Shown: positions 30,598-41,875, counted from the first letter of the stretch. The stretch: DNA of 64,000 nucleotides from Bacteroidia bacterium (GCA_965279035.1 OZ257142.1:3744001-3808000); one strand, 5' to 3'. Numbers and translations: made by a program. Notes: generated from the letters alone by a model not told the origin.

Positions 30598-30804
30598 GGG
30601 ACGAAAGTACATCGGCAAATGGGCTGAGGCAAGAAGATGCAGGGAGGATTTTAAAGGAGTTTTGAACGAAAAGGTGAATAAGTTTTTTGAGGTAAAAACT
30701 TGCAAATACCGAAAACTACGTAGCACGTTTCCGAAATCCTACGGATAAACGAATAGGTACATCCGGCGCACCTTTGCTGTATTAACGGACAACCTAACAA
30801 ACCT

Positions 30805-31965
30805 ATGAAAACACCACTACTTTTTTCGATTGCTTTCATGACAGGATTAAGCTTAAATGCCCAATCATGGAGCCTAACTTCAGCACCACAAACCGAGACG
30901 TACACTACCGGTGCAGCATCTGCAGCTGGAACCAGTTTATATGTTGGTTCTTTTAATGGAATTGTGCGTTCTATCGACAATGGACTCACTTGGGAAGTAA
31001 TCACCGTTCCCGGTTTTGTGCAAGATGTTGATGCTGCCAACAGTGATAAACTCGTTTGTATTGCAACGAATGCTGCTTATGTATCAACTGATAAAGGAGC
31101 AACATGGACCAATTCGGGTGTGAATGGAAGTAAAGCTGTTGTTTTAGATGAGCAACATGTGCTGGTAACTGACGAAATCTCAACTCAGTTTTACAGCAAC
31201 GATTTCCTAAGTACATCGGCGGCAAGTGCCACAGCACCACGAATTGTATCGGGTGTACTTAATGGAAGTATGGCAATTCTAGGTTCGTACGGATCGAGCA
31301 TTTACACGAGCAATGACTATGGTGCAACGTTCGCGACTACTGGATATTCAGGCTTTGGTGCAACAACCGTAACTGCAATCGCGAAAGGACAAGGAAACAC
31401 CTATTTTTCGATTAATAGCGGCGGTTTGCATAAAAGTACCGATGGCGGAATGACTTGGGCGCAAGTAACGACAGGATTGTTCGGTCAGCACCGTGATTTA
31501 ATTTCTGATGCTAATGGAAATCTCTACTTAATGCTTTCGAATAAAGTGTACCGTTCGATTGATAATGGTCAAAGTTTCCAAGATGTTTCGGTTGGATTAC
31601 CTGTTGATGGAAACTACTGCAACGATTTAATGATTACTGGAGATGGTAGTATTTTCGCGGTACTTAGCTTATTTGGAACACCAGCTCAAACTGGGATTTA
31701 CAAATTCACTCCTGAAACTGGAGTTGGAATTCAAGAGGTAAAACAGGCTACGTTTCAAGTTTATCCTAACCCAGCTAGCAATCAAGTAAACGTTCAATTG
31801 AACAAGGAAGCTAAAACAGCTCAATTGTTTGATGCTACTGGACGAGTAGCTAGAACATTTGTAATTCAAAATCTAACACAACAGTTCGATTTAACAGGAC
31901 TTGAAGCGGGAATGTATGTGCTTTCAGTTGCTGGACATCGTTCACAAATGCTCAGTATTCATTGA
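30805..31965 (+). CDS. T9SS type A sorted beta-propeller (BNR/Asp-box repeat) protein
   Basis: Repeated SxDxGxTW boxes (SIDNGLTW, STDKGATW, STDGGMTW); VYPNPA...GMYVL C-terminal domain. Confidence 0.85.
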   Translation: MKTPLLFSIAFMTGLSLNAQSWSLTSAPQTETYTTGAASAAGTSLYVGSFNGIVRSIDNGLTWEVITVPGFVQDVDAANSDKLVCIATNAAYVSTDKGATWTNSGVNGSKAVVLDEQHVLVTDEISTQFYSNDFLSTSAASATAPRIVSGVLNGSMAILGSYGSSIYTSNDYGATFATTGYSGFGATTVTAIAKGQGNTYFSINSGGLHKSTDGGMTWAQVTTGLFGQHRDLISDANGNLYLMLSNKVYRSIDNGQSFQDVSVGLPVDGNYCNDLMITGDGSIFAVLSLFGTPAQTGIYKFTPETGVGIQEVKQATFQVYPNPASNQVNVQLNKEAKTAQLFDATGRVARTFVIQNLTQQFDLTGLEAGMYVLSVAGHRSQMLSIH

Positions 31966-32112
31966 TTTTCGATGTGTTTCGACGAGGATGGTTGTGAACA
32001 TCCAGAAGGCCTGGGAGAAATTCCGGGCTTTTTTATTTGACGGATTTATTTGAGGAGAATTTGAAATAGCAGATGAATTCCACGCGAATAGATATTTCGC
32101 ATCTTTACCGCG

Positions 32113-33369
32113 ATGAACCGTGGTCAGCTCAAAACACTGATATTCATTTTTTGCTTCCTGTTGATGGGAATCCGGCTGCTTAACATTCCGGCAACCGAAC
32201 GCGATCATGTATATGGTGATGGTTACAGCGATATCAACACCTTATCGGCAACTCGTTTTTTTCATGATTCTGGATTTGTAAAAACAGCTTTTTTGCCCGT
32301 TCATGGTTATCCTGAATCGCATCCAACAAAAGTCTACACACACTATCCGGCATTGCCCGATATTCTCGATGGATTTACTGCCACAGTGTTAGATTCGACC
32401 GATGAGCGAGTCTTGCGACTATTTCCATTTTTACTTTCTATTTTCTTTTTCTTCCTCATTTATCGAGTATTAAACGATTTAACTAAGAACACTGAAAACG
32501 CTTTTGTTGGAGCGAGTTTGCTGGTACTATCTAATTATTTTATTGCTTGGGGCGATAACCTACATCAACATTTGTATGCTGAACTAGTCAAGTGGTTATT
32601 TATTGGTTTGCTCTATCGCTATCAAGAATCGAAACGAGAATCACGTAGTTCATTTATTGGTTTGCTTGTGTTGATGATGATTGCCGTGAATATCTCCTTT
32701 GAATTACCTGTGTTTTTAGGTGCCGCTAGTGTTGGATTTGCCTTTATCTACCAGAAAAACATGTTCACACGCGAAACCATTGGCTTGTTTGCCGCATTGT
32801 TGCTTGGTTTCGGTTTGCACATCATTCAAAATGTACTGTATTTTGGAACACTCGATTTGGCAATGGAGGACATGAAAAACGCCTTTGTGTTTCGAACCAC
32901 AGGCGCTGAAGATGTTGGCTATATTCCCGAAAAGCCCTTTTCAATCCTACACGATGGCTGGAAAATCCCCATTGAATGGTTCAATCGTATGGAGCGCTAT
33001 TATGTGCTTCCCGGTTGGTTTCTTTTAGCCACTTGCTTTTGGTCGATTCCCAATTTACACAAACAAAATCCCCGTTTATTTTCGATTGTTATTGCCTTGT
33101 TTATTGCTTCAGCCGCTTGGGGTTTTGTCATGCCTCAACATGCATACGTACATCTCTTCACCAATAAGCACTTCGGACTTTGGGTTGGATTAATCATGTG
33201 CATTTCCCTTCCATTTTATTGGAATGTGGTTAAGCAGCATTTTCAACAAAAAAATAAAGCAATGATTTTCCTTCATGTTGGATTGATAGGTTATGCAGCA
33301 ATTATGTTCATCACTCAACAAGTTGTGGGATTGTGGTGGAAACATGGGTTTGGTGTGCTGGTTAGTTAG
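32113..33369 (+). CDS. Polytopic membrane protein, probable GT-C (ArnT/PMT-like) glycosyltransferase
   Basis: Many TM segments; YTHYPALP motif in the first periplasmic loop followed by RLFP. Confidence 0.6.
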   Translation: MNRGQLKTLIFIFCFLLMGIRLLNIPATERDHVYGDGYSDINTLSATRFFHDSGFVKTAFLPVHGYPESHPTKVYTHYPALPDILDGFTATVLDSTDERVLRLFPFLLSIFFFFLIYRVLNDLTKNTENAFVGASLLVLSNYFIAWGDNLHQHLYAELVKWLFIGLLYRYQESKRESRSSFIGLLVLMMIAVNISFELPVFLGAASVGFAFIYQKNMFTRETIGLFAALLLGFGLHIIQNVLYFGTLDLAMEDMKNAFVFRTTGAEDVGYIPEKPFSILHDGWKIPIEWFNRMERYYVLPGWFLLATCFWSIPNLHKQNPRLFSIVIALFIASAAWGFVMPQHAYVHLFTNKHFGLWVGLIMCISLPFYWNVVKQHFQQKNKAMIFLHVGLIGYAAIMFITQQVVGLWWKHGFGVLVS

Positions 33370-33398
33370 TGTGCTCCCTTCGACAAGCTCAGGGAGCG
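33370..33398 (+). repeat. Single REP-like half unit of the 56.1 kb repeat family
   Basis: TGTGCTCCCTTCGACAAGCTCAGGGAGC, identical to the start of the 86-bp unit at 56143. Confidence 0.75.
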
Positions 33399-33488
33399 GT
33401 AATACCCGAGCGCATTTTCGAGAATTGACAATCTAACCTAAAATTACTCCCCCATTAAACTATCTTTGCGCCCATTTTCAGAAAAACT

Positions 33489-34589
33489 ATGGCACTTAAA
33501 TGCGGTATTGTCGGATTACCAAACGTTGGGAAATCCACTCTTTTTAACTGTTTGAGCAACGCAAAAGCACAGGCAGCCAACTTTCCGTTCTGCACCATTG
33601 AACCGAACGTGGGTGTGATTACCGTTCCCGATGAACGCATGACTGAGTTGTCCAAATTTGTTAAGCCTGAACGCATTGTTCCTACCACGGTTGAGATTGT
33701 TGATATTGCAGGTTTGGTGAAAGGTGCTTCCAAAGGAGAAGGTTTAGGAAATCAGTTTCTTGGAAATATCCGCGAATGCGATGCGATTTTGCACGTATTG
33801 CGTTGTTTCGATGATGATAATGTGGTTCACGTGGATGGTCGCGTAAATCCAGTAAGTGATAAAGAAGTAATCGACCTAGAACTTCAATTGAAAGATTTAG
33901 ATACTGTTGAGAAACGACTTCAAAAAGTGGAGAAGTTGGCTAAGACGGGCGATAAAGACGCTAAACGTGCGCATGATATTCTTTCTCAGTATCGCGATGT
34001 TTTGTTGAAGGGTAAATCGGCAAGAAGTGTCGTGTTGGACAAACCCGACGATATTGAATTTGCTAACGATCTGTATTTATTGACGAATAAACCGGTGATG
34101 TACATCTGCAATGTAGATGAAGCATCTGCCAAATCAGGAAATGCCCATGTGGAAGCTGTTCGTGCTTCAATTGCTGATGAGAATGCTGAAATCCTAATTA
34201 TCACTGCAGCTATGGAAGCCGAAATTGCTCAACTCGAAACCTACGAGGACAAAGTAGCTTTCCTAAGCGAAATTGGTTTGGAAGAGCCGGGTGTGAATAA
34301 GCTCATCAAAAAAGCGTATCACTTGCTAAATCTTCAAACGTACTTTACTGCAGGTGTGAAAGAAGTGCGCGCATGGACCATCACTACAGGCATGAAAGCT
34401 CCTCAAGCTGCTGGAGTAATTCACAGCGATTTCGAGAAAGGATTTATCCGCGCGGAAGTAATTAAATACCTCGATTTTATCAAGTTTGGTTCTGAAGCTG
34501 CTTGTCGCGAAAATGGTAAGCTTGCTGTCGAAGGAAAAGAATATGTGGTGCAAGATGGCGATATCATGCACTTCCGTTTCAACGTATAA
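33489..34589 (+). CDS. ychF: Redox-regulated ribosome-binding ATPase YchF
   Basis: GIVGLPNVGKSTLFN, ANFPFCTIEPN, DIAGLV, TGS domain, YVVQDGDIMHFRFNV. Confidence 0.97.
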   Translation: MALKCGIVGLPNVGKSTLFNCLSNAKAQAANFPFCTIEPNVGVITVPDERMTELSKFVKPERIVPTTVEIVDIAGLVKGASKGEGLGNQFLGNIRECDAILHVLRCFDDDNVVHVDGRVNPVSDKEVIDLELQLKDLDTVEKRLQKVEKLAKTGDKDAKRAHDILSQYRDVLLKGKSARSVVLDKPDDIEFANDLYLLTNKPVMYICNVDEASAKSGNAHVEAVRASIADENAEILIITAAMEAEIAQLETYEDKVAFLSEIGLEEPGVNKLIKKAYHLLNLQTYFTAGVKEVRAWTITTGMKAPQAAGVIHSDFEKGFIRAEVIKYLDFIKFGSEAACRENGKLAVEGKEYVVQDGDIMHFRFNV

Positions 34590-34591
34590 GT

Positions 34592-35257
34592 TTATTCGCA
34601 GTTTTGGATGTAGGTAAATTCGCCTATTCCAACTTCGTATGCTACCAAGTAGCCCAATCCAGGTAATTCGGTATAGGCACAACCGGCATCTAAGTTTATA
34701 TCGTACTTATTCTGTTTAATGATTTCGGTATACGGTCGAGGTGTGTGACCATGTATGATTTTTCGATGTCCAATACGTTCGGGATCGATTTCCATTTTGC
34801 GTATCCAACGCATCGCATCGATATCGGCAAATAAATCACGTTTCGAAAAATTTAATCCGGCATGTACGAAAATGCATTCCGGTGTTTCGAAATACATCTC
34901 GCTGTATTGAATAAATTCTCGGTATTTAATAGGAATCTCAAGCACCGACGAAACACCAAAACTGTTGAGTGTGTCTTGTCCGCCGCAACGCCGCCAGTAT
35001 TCCATTTGATCGGAACTGTAGTAAGCCGCAATCATCAATTCTTCGTGATTTCCCTGCAATACATGAACACGAACACCTTCATTTTTCAAAGCGAAAATTT
35101 CATCAATTACGCCTTTGGTATCAGGGCCTCGATCAATTAAATCGCCCAATACAATGAGCTGATCTCCTGATTGAATCTTTAATTTAGCTCGCACCAACTC
35201 ACGAAATGTGCGCACACATCCATGAATATCTCCTATTGCAAATTGACGAGCTGACAT
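34592..35257 (-). CDS. Metallophosphoesterase (PPP-family Ser/Thr phosphatase-like)
   Basis: GDIHG, GDLIDRG, GNHE, VHAG, HGHTP, NLDAG. Confidence 0.9.
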   Translation of the reverse strand: MSARQFAIGDIHGCVRTFRELVRAKLKIQSGDQLIVLGDLIDRGPDTKGVIDEIFALKNEGVRVHVLQGNHEELMIAAYYSSDQMEYWRRCGGQDTLNSFGVSSVLEIPIKYREFIQYSEMYFETPECIFVHAGLNFSKRDLFADIDAMRWIRKMEIDPERIGHRKIIHGHTPRPYTEIIKQNKYDINLDAGCAYTELPGLGYLVAYEVGIGEFTYIQNCE

Positions 35258-35315
35258 TAATATCGGTTTCTTTAATAACGCTGCAATATCGGAATTGGAT
35301 TTTTAAATGAGCAAT

Positions 35316-35903
35316 TTATCGGTTCGATATACAATTTAAAAGTTCCTGAATGGTTGTTTGACCTTTGTCTTTGTTATACCATTCCTGCATCGCCAAACCG
35401 ATTTCTTCCTTTGCTCCACCTTGTGTTTTAATCGACTTAGCTAATTCTACTGCAGGCAATGGACGAGGTCCCCAATGCCACATCACCTCAAATGTATCGG
35501 GATTCATCGAAATCAATTTTGGAATCGCTTTTCCTCCATTGGTAAGAAACTGATCCATCAAATCAAGGTGCTCATCGCGTAGCACAATACGTAGTTCAAT
35601 CGTCGCACTTTGTTCTGACATACGCACCATGATAGGTAACAATTGGGCAGCATCGCCACACCAAGCTTCCGAAATCACTACCCATAACTGACGCGGCGTT
35701 TCTGCAAGAGCGGTAACAACTTCCGAATCAAACTTCAACGTTTTGTAAACACGCTTCGATCGATGCAGATTCAATTCAGTAAAATGAATATGTTCTTCGG
35801 TTTGTTCTCCTGTGGTTTGTTTGTCGGCCACCAATTGCTCCATGAGCGCCATATAACGCTCCCAAGTAAAAGCGTTCCTAATAAGTGTTGAATTCAAAAG
35901 CAT
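35316..35903 (-). CDS. Thioredoxin-family protein
   Basis: SEAWCGDAAQ, FLTNGGKAIPKL, WGPRP. Confidence 0.85.
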   Translation of the reverse strand: MLLNSTLIRNAFTWERYMALMEQLVADKQTTGEQTEEHIHFTELNLHRSKRVYKTLKFDSEVVTALAETPRQLWVVISEAWCGDAAQLLPIMVRMSEQSATIELRIVLRDEHLDLMDQFLTNGGKAIPKLISMNPDTFEVMWHWGPRPLPAVELAKSIKTQGGAKEEIGLAMQEWYNKDKGQTTIQELLNCISNR

Positions 35904-36016
35904 GGCGCAAAGAACAGCAAACTCACTCAATGCAAGAATGACTTTTATCACGGATAGAAGAATTACGACCGCTTCGCTCTATGAATACTTCGCTTGAGAT
36001 TTTGCTGATTTTAACT

Positions 36017-36224
36017 ATCCGCACCCTCGGACTGAAGTCCGAGGCTACTATAATCCAATTCAAAAATTCTAGATTCAATTGACCCTAATGCTTCAAATTA
36101 CCAATCGGCACCCTCGGACTTCAGTCCGAGGCTACGAATCACACATGCCAGATTCGATAGATATACCATACAGCAAATTGCTGATCAATAACATCCGCAT
36201 CCCCGGACTGAAGTCCGAGGCTAC
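36017..36224 (-). repeat. Three GTAG-type REP palindromes
   Basis: 32-bp copies at 36017-36048, 36104-36135 and 36193-36224. Minus strand reads GTAG-CCTCGGAC-loop-GTCCGAGG, and the loop flips orientation between copies. Confidence 0.8.
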
Positions 36225-36373
36225 TAGGTCAATTTAGCTAGATTGAGGTCAGGGTGAAGACACGAATGCACGTCCTTCCAAAATTTTCGTACATCGTACA
36301 TCCCCCTTCATTTCGTTAATAATTCTCTCCTTTTCCCGCTTTCGCTTCAATTCGCAATCCTTATTTTTGCAAC

Positions 36374-38257
36374 ATGGCTGAAAATACAGATAGCACATAC
36401 AACGACGATTCCATTAAATCCCTCGACTGGAAGGAACATATCCGCCTCCGTCCTGGGATGTATATTGGGAAATTGGGCGATGGTTCTTCGCTCGATGACG
36501 GGATTTATGTATTGCTGAAAGAATCAATCGATAACTGCATCGACGAATACGTAATGGGTTTCGGGAAGAAAATCGAAATCACCATTAAAGATCGCATGGT
36601 ACGTGTGCGCGACTACGGACGAGGTATTCCGCTCGGTAAAGTGGTCGATGTAGTGTCGAAAATCAACACGGGTGCGAAGTACGATTCGGTAGCTTTTAAG
36701 AAATCGGTTGGTTTGAACGGTGTCGGAACCAAGGCGGTGAATGCACTTTCGAGCTATTTCAAGGTGCAATCGGTACGTGATGGGAAAATGAAAATGGCGG
36801 AGTTTGAGAAAGGAAATCTCACCAACGAAACCGCTGTTACCGATACCAACGATAACAAAGGAACACTTGTTCAGTTTTTTCCGGATGAAGCCATATTCGG
36901 AAACTACAAGTTCATCAGCGAATACGTAGAGAAAATGCTCTGGAATTATGCTTACCTCAACACAGGTTTGAGCATACATTTCAACGGACAAGTGTTTAAG
37001 TCGGAACGTGGATTATACGATCTACTAGAGCAAAACCTCAGTGGAGAACCGCTTTATCCGATTATTCATCTGCGTGGCGAGGACATTGAAATTGCCATGA
37101 CGCATGGTAACCAGTACAGCGAAGAATATTATTCGTTTGTCAATGGTCAGCATACAACCCAAGGTGGGACACACCAAGCAGCATTGCGCGAAGCGGTTGT
37201 GAAGGTGATTCGTGAATTCTACAAGAAAGATTTCGATGCGAATGATGTGCGTCAATCCATCATTGTTGCCATCAGTGTGAAAGTAGTTGAGCCGGTGTTC
37301 GAAAGTCAGACTAAGACCAAACTCGGTTCTCAAAACATCGCTCCCGATGGACCTGCCATTCGTACGTTCGTTATTGATTTCCTCAAAAAAGAACTCGATA
37401 ACTACCTACACAAGCATGCCGATGTTGCTGAAGCATTGTTGCATAAAATTCTACAGAGCGAAAAGGAGCGGAAAGAACTCAGCGGTATTCGTAAGCTGGC
37501 ACGTGAGCGCGCTAAGAAAGTAAGTCTACACAACAAGAAACTCCGTGATTGTCGGGTACATTACAACAGCAACCACGCAGTTCGTCTCGATACAACACTC
37601 TTTATTACCGAGGGAGATTCGGCATCTGGTTCCATTACCAAAAGCCGCGATGTGAATACACAAGCCGTATTCAGCTTGAAAGGGAAACCACTCAACTGTT
37701 ATGGTTTGACCAAGAAAATCGTTTACGAAAACGAAGAATTCAATCTCTTGCAAAGTGCCCTCAATATTGAGGATGGCATGGACGATTTGCGTTACAACAA
37801 CATTGTAATTGCTACCGATGCCGACGTCGATGGGATGCACATTCGTTTGTTGATGATTACGTTTTTCTTGCAATTTTTCCCCGATTTGGTGAAGAACGGT
37901 CACTTGTACATTTTGCAAACGCCGCTATTCCGTGTGCGTAATAAGAAAGACACGTATTACTGTTATTCCGAAGACGAGCGTCGCGAAGCCATTGTGAAGG
38001 TAGGCAAGAACCCCGAGATTACCCGATTCAAGGGATTGGGAGAGATTTCGCCAGACGAGTTCAAGCATTTTATTGGAAAGGACATTCGCCTCGAACCAGT
38101 GATTTTTAAACGTGAGGAGAACCTTCCGCAACTACTCGAATTCTATATGGGTAAAAACACACCCGATCGTCAGCTTTTCATCATTGATAATCTCAAGGTT
38201 GAGAAGGATTTGGTGGAAGAAGAAAAAGCCGCTCCTGTTGCTGAAATCGAAGAATAA
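36374..38257 (+). CDS. parE: Type IIA topoisomerase B subunit, DNA topoisomerase IV subunit B
   Basis: [53 protein letters not shown]; short Bacteroidota ParE-type sequence. Confidence 0.88.
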   Translation: MAENTDSTYNDDSIKSLDWKEHIRLRPGMYIGKLGDGSSLDDGIYVLLKESIDNCIDEYVMGFGKKIEITIKDRMVRVRDYGRGIPLGKVVDVVSKINTGAKYDSVAFKKSVGLNGVGTKAVNALSSYFKVQSVRDGKMKMAEFEKGNLTNETAVTDTNDNKGTLVQFFPDEAIFGNYKFISEYVEKMLWNYAYLNTGLSIHFNGQVFKSERGLYDLLEQNLSGEPLYPIIHLRGEDIEIAMTHGNQYSEEYYSFVNGQHTTQGGTHQAALREAVVKVIREFYKKDFDANDVRQSIIVAISVKVVEPVFESQTKTKLGSQNIAPDGPAIRTFVIDFLKKELDNYLHKHADVAEALLHKILQSEKERKELSGIRKLARERAKKVSLHNKKLRDCRVHYNSNHAVRLDTTLFITEGDSASGSITKSRDVNTQAVFSLKGKPLNCYGLTKKIVYENEEFNLLQSALNIEDGMDDLRYNNIVIATDADVDGMHIRLLMITFFLQFFPDLVKNGHLYILQTPLFRVRNKKDTYYCYSEDERREAIVKVGKNPEITRFKGLGEISPDEFKHFIGKDIRLEPVIFKREENLPQLLEFYMGKNTPDRQLFIIDNLKVEKDLVEEEKAAPVAEIEE

Positions 38258-38289
38258 AATAACACCTGATAACTAAAACTTAAGTTTAC

Positions 38290-39070
38290 CCTACAGCATC
38301 CCCGGATTTCAATCCGGGTTTTTTTGTAGAAGTTAACCTGAAACTCTTTATTTACCCTGCAAGTTCCCCGGATTGAAATCCGGGGGTGCCGAAATGTAGA
38401 AGCTGAGATACGTTGAAGTTGAACAACACTCTTTAGATTTCAAAAGAAGGTGGAGGAGGTTATAGTAGAAAAGAAAAAAGCCACTCTTGTATCGACATTT
38501 GAAGTATAACCTACAGCATCCCCGGATTGAAATCCGGGGTTTTTTGTAGAAGTTAAACTGAAACTCTTTATTTACCCTGCAAGTTCCCCGGATTGAAATC
38601 CGGGGGTGCCGAAATGTAGAAGCTGAGATACGTTGAAGTTGATCACTCTGCTTCTGATTTCTAAAGTTGAAATCCGGGGGTGCTAGAATGCCGATGCTGA
38701 GATACGTTGAAGTTGAACAACACTCTTTAGATTTCAAAAGAAGGTGGAGGAGGTTATAGTAGAAAAGAAAAAAGCCACTCTTGTATCGACATTTGAAGTA
38801 TAACCTACAGCATCCCCGGATTTCAATCCGGGGTTTTTTGTAGAAGTTAACCTGAAACTCTTTAGTTACCCTGCAAATTCCCCGGATTGAAATCCGGGGG
38901 TGCCGAAATGTAGAAGCTGAGATACGTTGAAGTTGATCACTCTGCTTCTGATTTCTAAAGTTGAAATCCGGGGGTGCCGAAATGTAGAAGCTGAGATACG
39001 TTGAAGTTGATCACTCTGACTCAGATTTCTAAAGTTGAAATCCGGGGGTGCTAGAATGCCAAAGCTGAGT
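38290..39070. repeat. Nested tandem array of REP-like palindromes (BIME-like mosaic)
   Basis: Long units start at about 38290, 38510 and 38804 (220 and 294 bp apart), with an internal 74-bp subunit in variable copy number. Core palindrome CCCCGGATT(G/T)(A/C)AATCCGGGG. Confidence 0.9.
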
Positions 39071-39352
39071 TACGTAGTAGAAGAACACTCCGCTAGGAGA
39101 TACGAGTGTTTAGTTTTGGAAACTCGGAAAAACTAAAAACGTGTCCTTTGAGGCTTTAAATGGAAGTTCTTAGTCCTTCGATTTGATTGATATTTCTTTG
39201 CAAATCACTCTAATTAGAAAAATAAACTATCCATTTCTAGCAATTCGCTTTTTTCTTACTTCCGAAATTGAAGATTAGAAATTAATATTCTTTAGAGAAT
39301 ACCCGTTTTTAAAAGCATTTAGAAAATCAAAAGTTCGCAAAAAGGTTTCTTC

Positions 39353-39364
39353 TTACATCTGTAA
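39353..39364. promoter_or_regulatory. Palindromic operator, cassette 1 (TTACATCTGTAA)
   Basis: Same motif and same spacing to the promoter box as at 41876 and 44475. Confidence 0.65.
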
Positions 39365-39441
39365 TGAAGAGTGATTCTGAGGTAATGGAATAGGCAACCG
39401 CTTTTTGCCTTTTGTCGTTGAGCAATCCAAAACCTTATCCT

Positions 39442-39945
39442 ATGGGAAACCTCAACGTTTTTCTATCATTTAATCGCCTTATAAAAATCGGATTCATTGG
39501 AGCCGGTCTTTTACTATTCGGCAATACGTCTCAGGCTCAAACGCCACAGACATTTAAAGTTGTTCCGCCATCAGAAGCAAAACCGCTTTTGAAAGATACG
39601 GTGGACAATTTCCTATCCTTTTCACCAGTATATGTAGAAGGCAAAACCTATTTACGTTGGTTGGTTGAGAACGATAAGAAAGACGGCGTTTTCATTGTGG
39701 AACGTTCGGCCGATGGCGAGAAGTTCGATGCACTTGGTTTTAAAGACCGAGTGGGAACAGACAAAAGTGTCAATTTGTTTTATTCCTGGGTGGATGATGC
39801 TCCTCCTGCAGGCGCTGCACATTACCGTATTATGCAGGTAGGTGTAGATCACACATTTAACTACTCCGATGTAGTGCGTGTGAAAACTGCTGCAGCAGCA
39901 TCAACGGGTGGTAGCGCAAGCTCTACGCCTGAACAAGGTAAATAA
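39442..39945 (+). CDS. Small exported Ig/FN3-like protein, cassette 1
   Basis: Signal peptide ending SQA; SFSPVY...RWLV...VERSADG...YRIMQVG...YSDVVRV domain; paralog of 41964 and 44580. Confidence 0.8.
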   Translation: MGNLNVFLSFNRLIKIGFIGAGLLLFGNTSQAQTPQTFKVVPPSEAKPLLKDTVDNFLSFSPVYVEGKTYLRWLVENDKKDGVFIVERSADGEKFDALGFKDRVGTDKSVNLFYSWVDDAPPAGAAHYRIMQVGVDHTFNYSDVVRVKTAAAASTGGSASSTPEQGK

Positions 39946-39965
39946 TCCCACAAAATCCAACCAGC

Positions 39966-41735
39966 ATGAAACAACGTTTACGTTTAGGTAATCGTCTGAA
40001 TAACCGACTGCGCGCTCGATTGAGAGCAACAGCTATGGTTTTCACGATAGGCGCTCTGGTAGCAAGCATCTTCTTTTTGTATGAGTTTATCGGGAATGTA
40101 ACAACAGGCCGAGCTCAGAAATTGGAAGAACAGCTTCACCCAAAAGCAGGCGTAATGGAAGGATTTGCTGGGCGGAAAAAAATCAGCATTCATCCTGAAA
40201 AACTTCCCAAAGGAGAAACATTAAAACAATTTACTGTACTAGTTAGCCTTCGTTTGGATGAGCTAAAACTGGCAGCAGATGGTGGAATGGTTTCAGGTCG
40301 TGATGGTGAAGATATCGTGTTTACAGCCATCGACGGAACTACCATTTTACCATTTCAAATTGAACGTTTCGAACCAGCTAGCGGAAAACTTCTTGCTTGG
40401 GTGCGATGCGAAGAACTGAGTGCTCAACAAAATGAATTCTATCTGTATTATGGAAAATCGGAAGCTGTAAGTGAAGCTTCTAAAAATACGTTTGCTGATC
40501 CGTATCGTGCGGTATGGCATTTCAACCGTGGATTTCAAACCGACGGACCAAATCCTTTAGCGGGTGAATATCACGGTGTGAAAGATGAAGAAGGTCGATT
40601 TGCTGCTGCGAAAGATTTTCTCGCCTTCGAACAAGGACAAGCAGCTTTCGAAAAAAATGAAGAATTGAATTTCTCTGGAGATATTTCAGTATCGGCTTGG
40701 GTAAAAACAAGGGGAAGCGCATTCGACCAAACAGTCATTTCGAATCTTTCTCAAAATGGAGGATTTAGTTTATGGATTGATGATGAAAATCGTCCTGTAT
40801 TTGAAATTGCGAATACATCAGGTAAGGTTGTCACATTGAATAAATCGAAAGGTGGAAACCCTTTAGAAAAAGATACCTGGTACCAACTTACGGGTGTGTA
40901 TTCTGCAAAATCTGATTCCCTCTTACTGTATGTGAATGGAAAAGTAGATCGCAGTATGAAAGCTGGATTGGCTTATGCAGCTGGAGATCGTATAAATATT
41001 GGTGTTGCTCCAGATCAGGAAAGCAGCTTCTTTAATGGAATTATTGATGAAGTTCGGATTGCTGCAAAAGCTTTATCAGAAATAGAAGTAGCAACAACAT
41101 GGATTTCAGAATCTGATCCTGAAAGCTTTTTCAGTATTGATGGGAAGGAAGTATTTAGTGCATCGCCACGCATTGTGCAATATGGTGCTTTGGAAGTGAA
41201 AGAAAATTCTGGACATGTTGTACTTAACTGGCAAACGACCAAAGAGAATAACCTCGATTTTTTCAACCTAGAACGCTCATCCGACGGAGTTCATTTTACA
41301 AAAGTAGCCTCCAAACTTGGCGCTGGAAACTCGGAAGAAACACGCAATTATTTTCTGATAGATCCTTCTCCCATTTATGGAGAAACCATTTATCGTATAC
41401 GTTCAACAAGCTTTAAAGGCGAAAGCGATGTGAGTCGTTTGTTGAATGTCCATGTGGATGCGCCTGCTACAGCTCTAGGAATTCGTAGCGTAGAACCCAA
41501 TCCATTTAAAGAGCAGTTTGCTGTAACCTATCGTTCGATGAGCGAAACAGCCATTCAAGTAAAACTAACAAGCATCAGCGGACAAGTGGTTCATTCCACT
41601 TCCATCGACCCGAAAACGAATATCGACAACCTGTTCGAATTTAAAGAAACAGCTGCATTGCGTCCAGGCATTTACTTTCTGAGTTTGACTCAAGCGGATG
41701 AACAAAAAACAGTAAAACTGATCAAACAACTCTGA
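39966..41735 (+). CDS. DUF2341 + LamG + Ig-like + T9SS type A CTD protein, cassette 1
   Basis: Arg-rich N-terminus plus hydrophobic helix; DIVFT...FQIERF...AWVR...YLYYG (DUF2341-like); SVSAWVK...WYQLTGVY...LYVNG...FNGIIDEVRI (LamG); PNPF...PGIYFL...VKLIK CTD. Confidence 0.8.
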   Translation: MKQRLRLGNRLNNRLRARLRATAMVFTIGALVASIFFLYEFIGNVTTGRAQKLEEQLHPKAGVMEGFAGRKKISIHPEKLPKGETLKQFTVLVSLRLDELKLAADGGMVSGRDGEDIVFTAIDGTTILPFQIERFEPASGKLLAWVRCEELSAQQNEFYLYYGKSEAVSEASKNTFADPYRAVWHFNRGFQTDGPNPLAGEYHGVKDEEGRFAAAKDFLAFEQGQAAFEKNEELNFSGDISVSAWVKTRGSAFDQTVISNLSQNGGFSLWIDDENRPVFEIANTSGKVVTLNKSKGGNPLEKDTWYQLTGVYSAKSDSLLLYVNGKVDRSMKAGLAYAAGDRINIGVAPDQESSFFNGIIDEVRIAAKALSEIEVATTWISESDPESFFSIDGKEVFSASPRIVQYGALEVKENSGHVVLNWQTTKENNLDFFNLERSSDGVHFTKVASKLGAGNSEETRNYFLIDPSPIYGETIYRIRSTSFKGESDVSRLLNVHVDAPATALGIRSVEPNPFKEQFAVTYRSMSETAIQVKLTSISGQVVHSTSIDPKTNIDNLFEFKETAALRPGIYFLSLTQADEQKTVKLIKQL

Positions 41736-41875
41736 TTTGTCAAAAAATCGAAGATGCACGATCAAATCACTAAAAACTTACAAATAAAAACAACAATAAC
41801 CTCCTTGTAAAGCGATCAAAACTCAGGGCTGACAGGCATAGCAGAAAGAAAGAGAAAGCACATCCACACAATAAC

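Noticed and set aside
36017-36224. Possible mini CRISPR array (three 32-bp repeats, regular spacing)
   Set aside because: Spacers are 55-57 nt, the repeats differ and the loop inverts, there is a GTAG REP signature, and no cas genes are in the window.
38348-38737. 129-aa ORF on the minus strand
   Set aside because: Lies wholly in the tandem palindrome array; its internal repeats just mirror the DNA repeat.
39385-39410. Sigma-54 -24/-12 promoter (GGCAAC...TTGC) for cassette 1, which would link it to the HTH-less activator
   Set aside because: GG-to-GC spacing is 12 nt rather than the required 10, and it is not reproduced in cassette 2.
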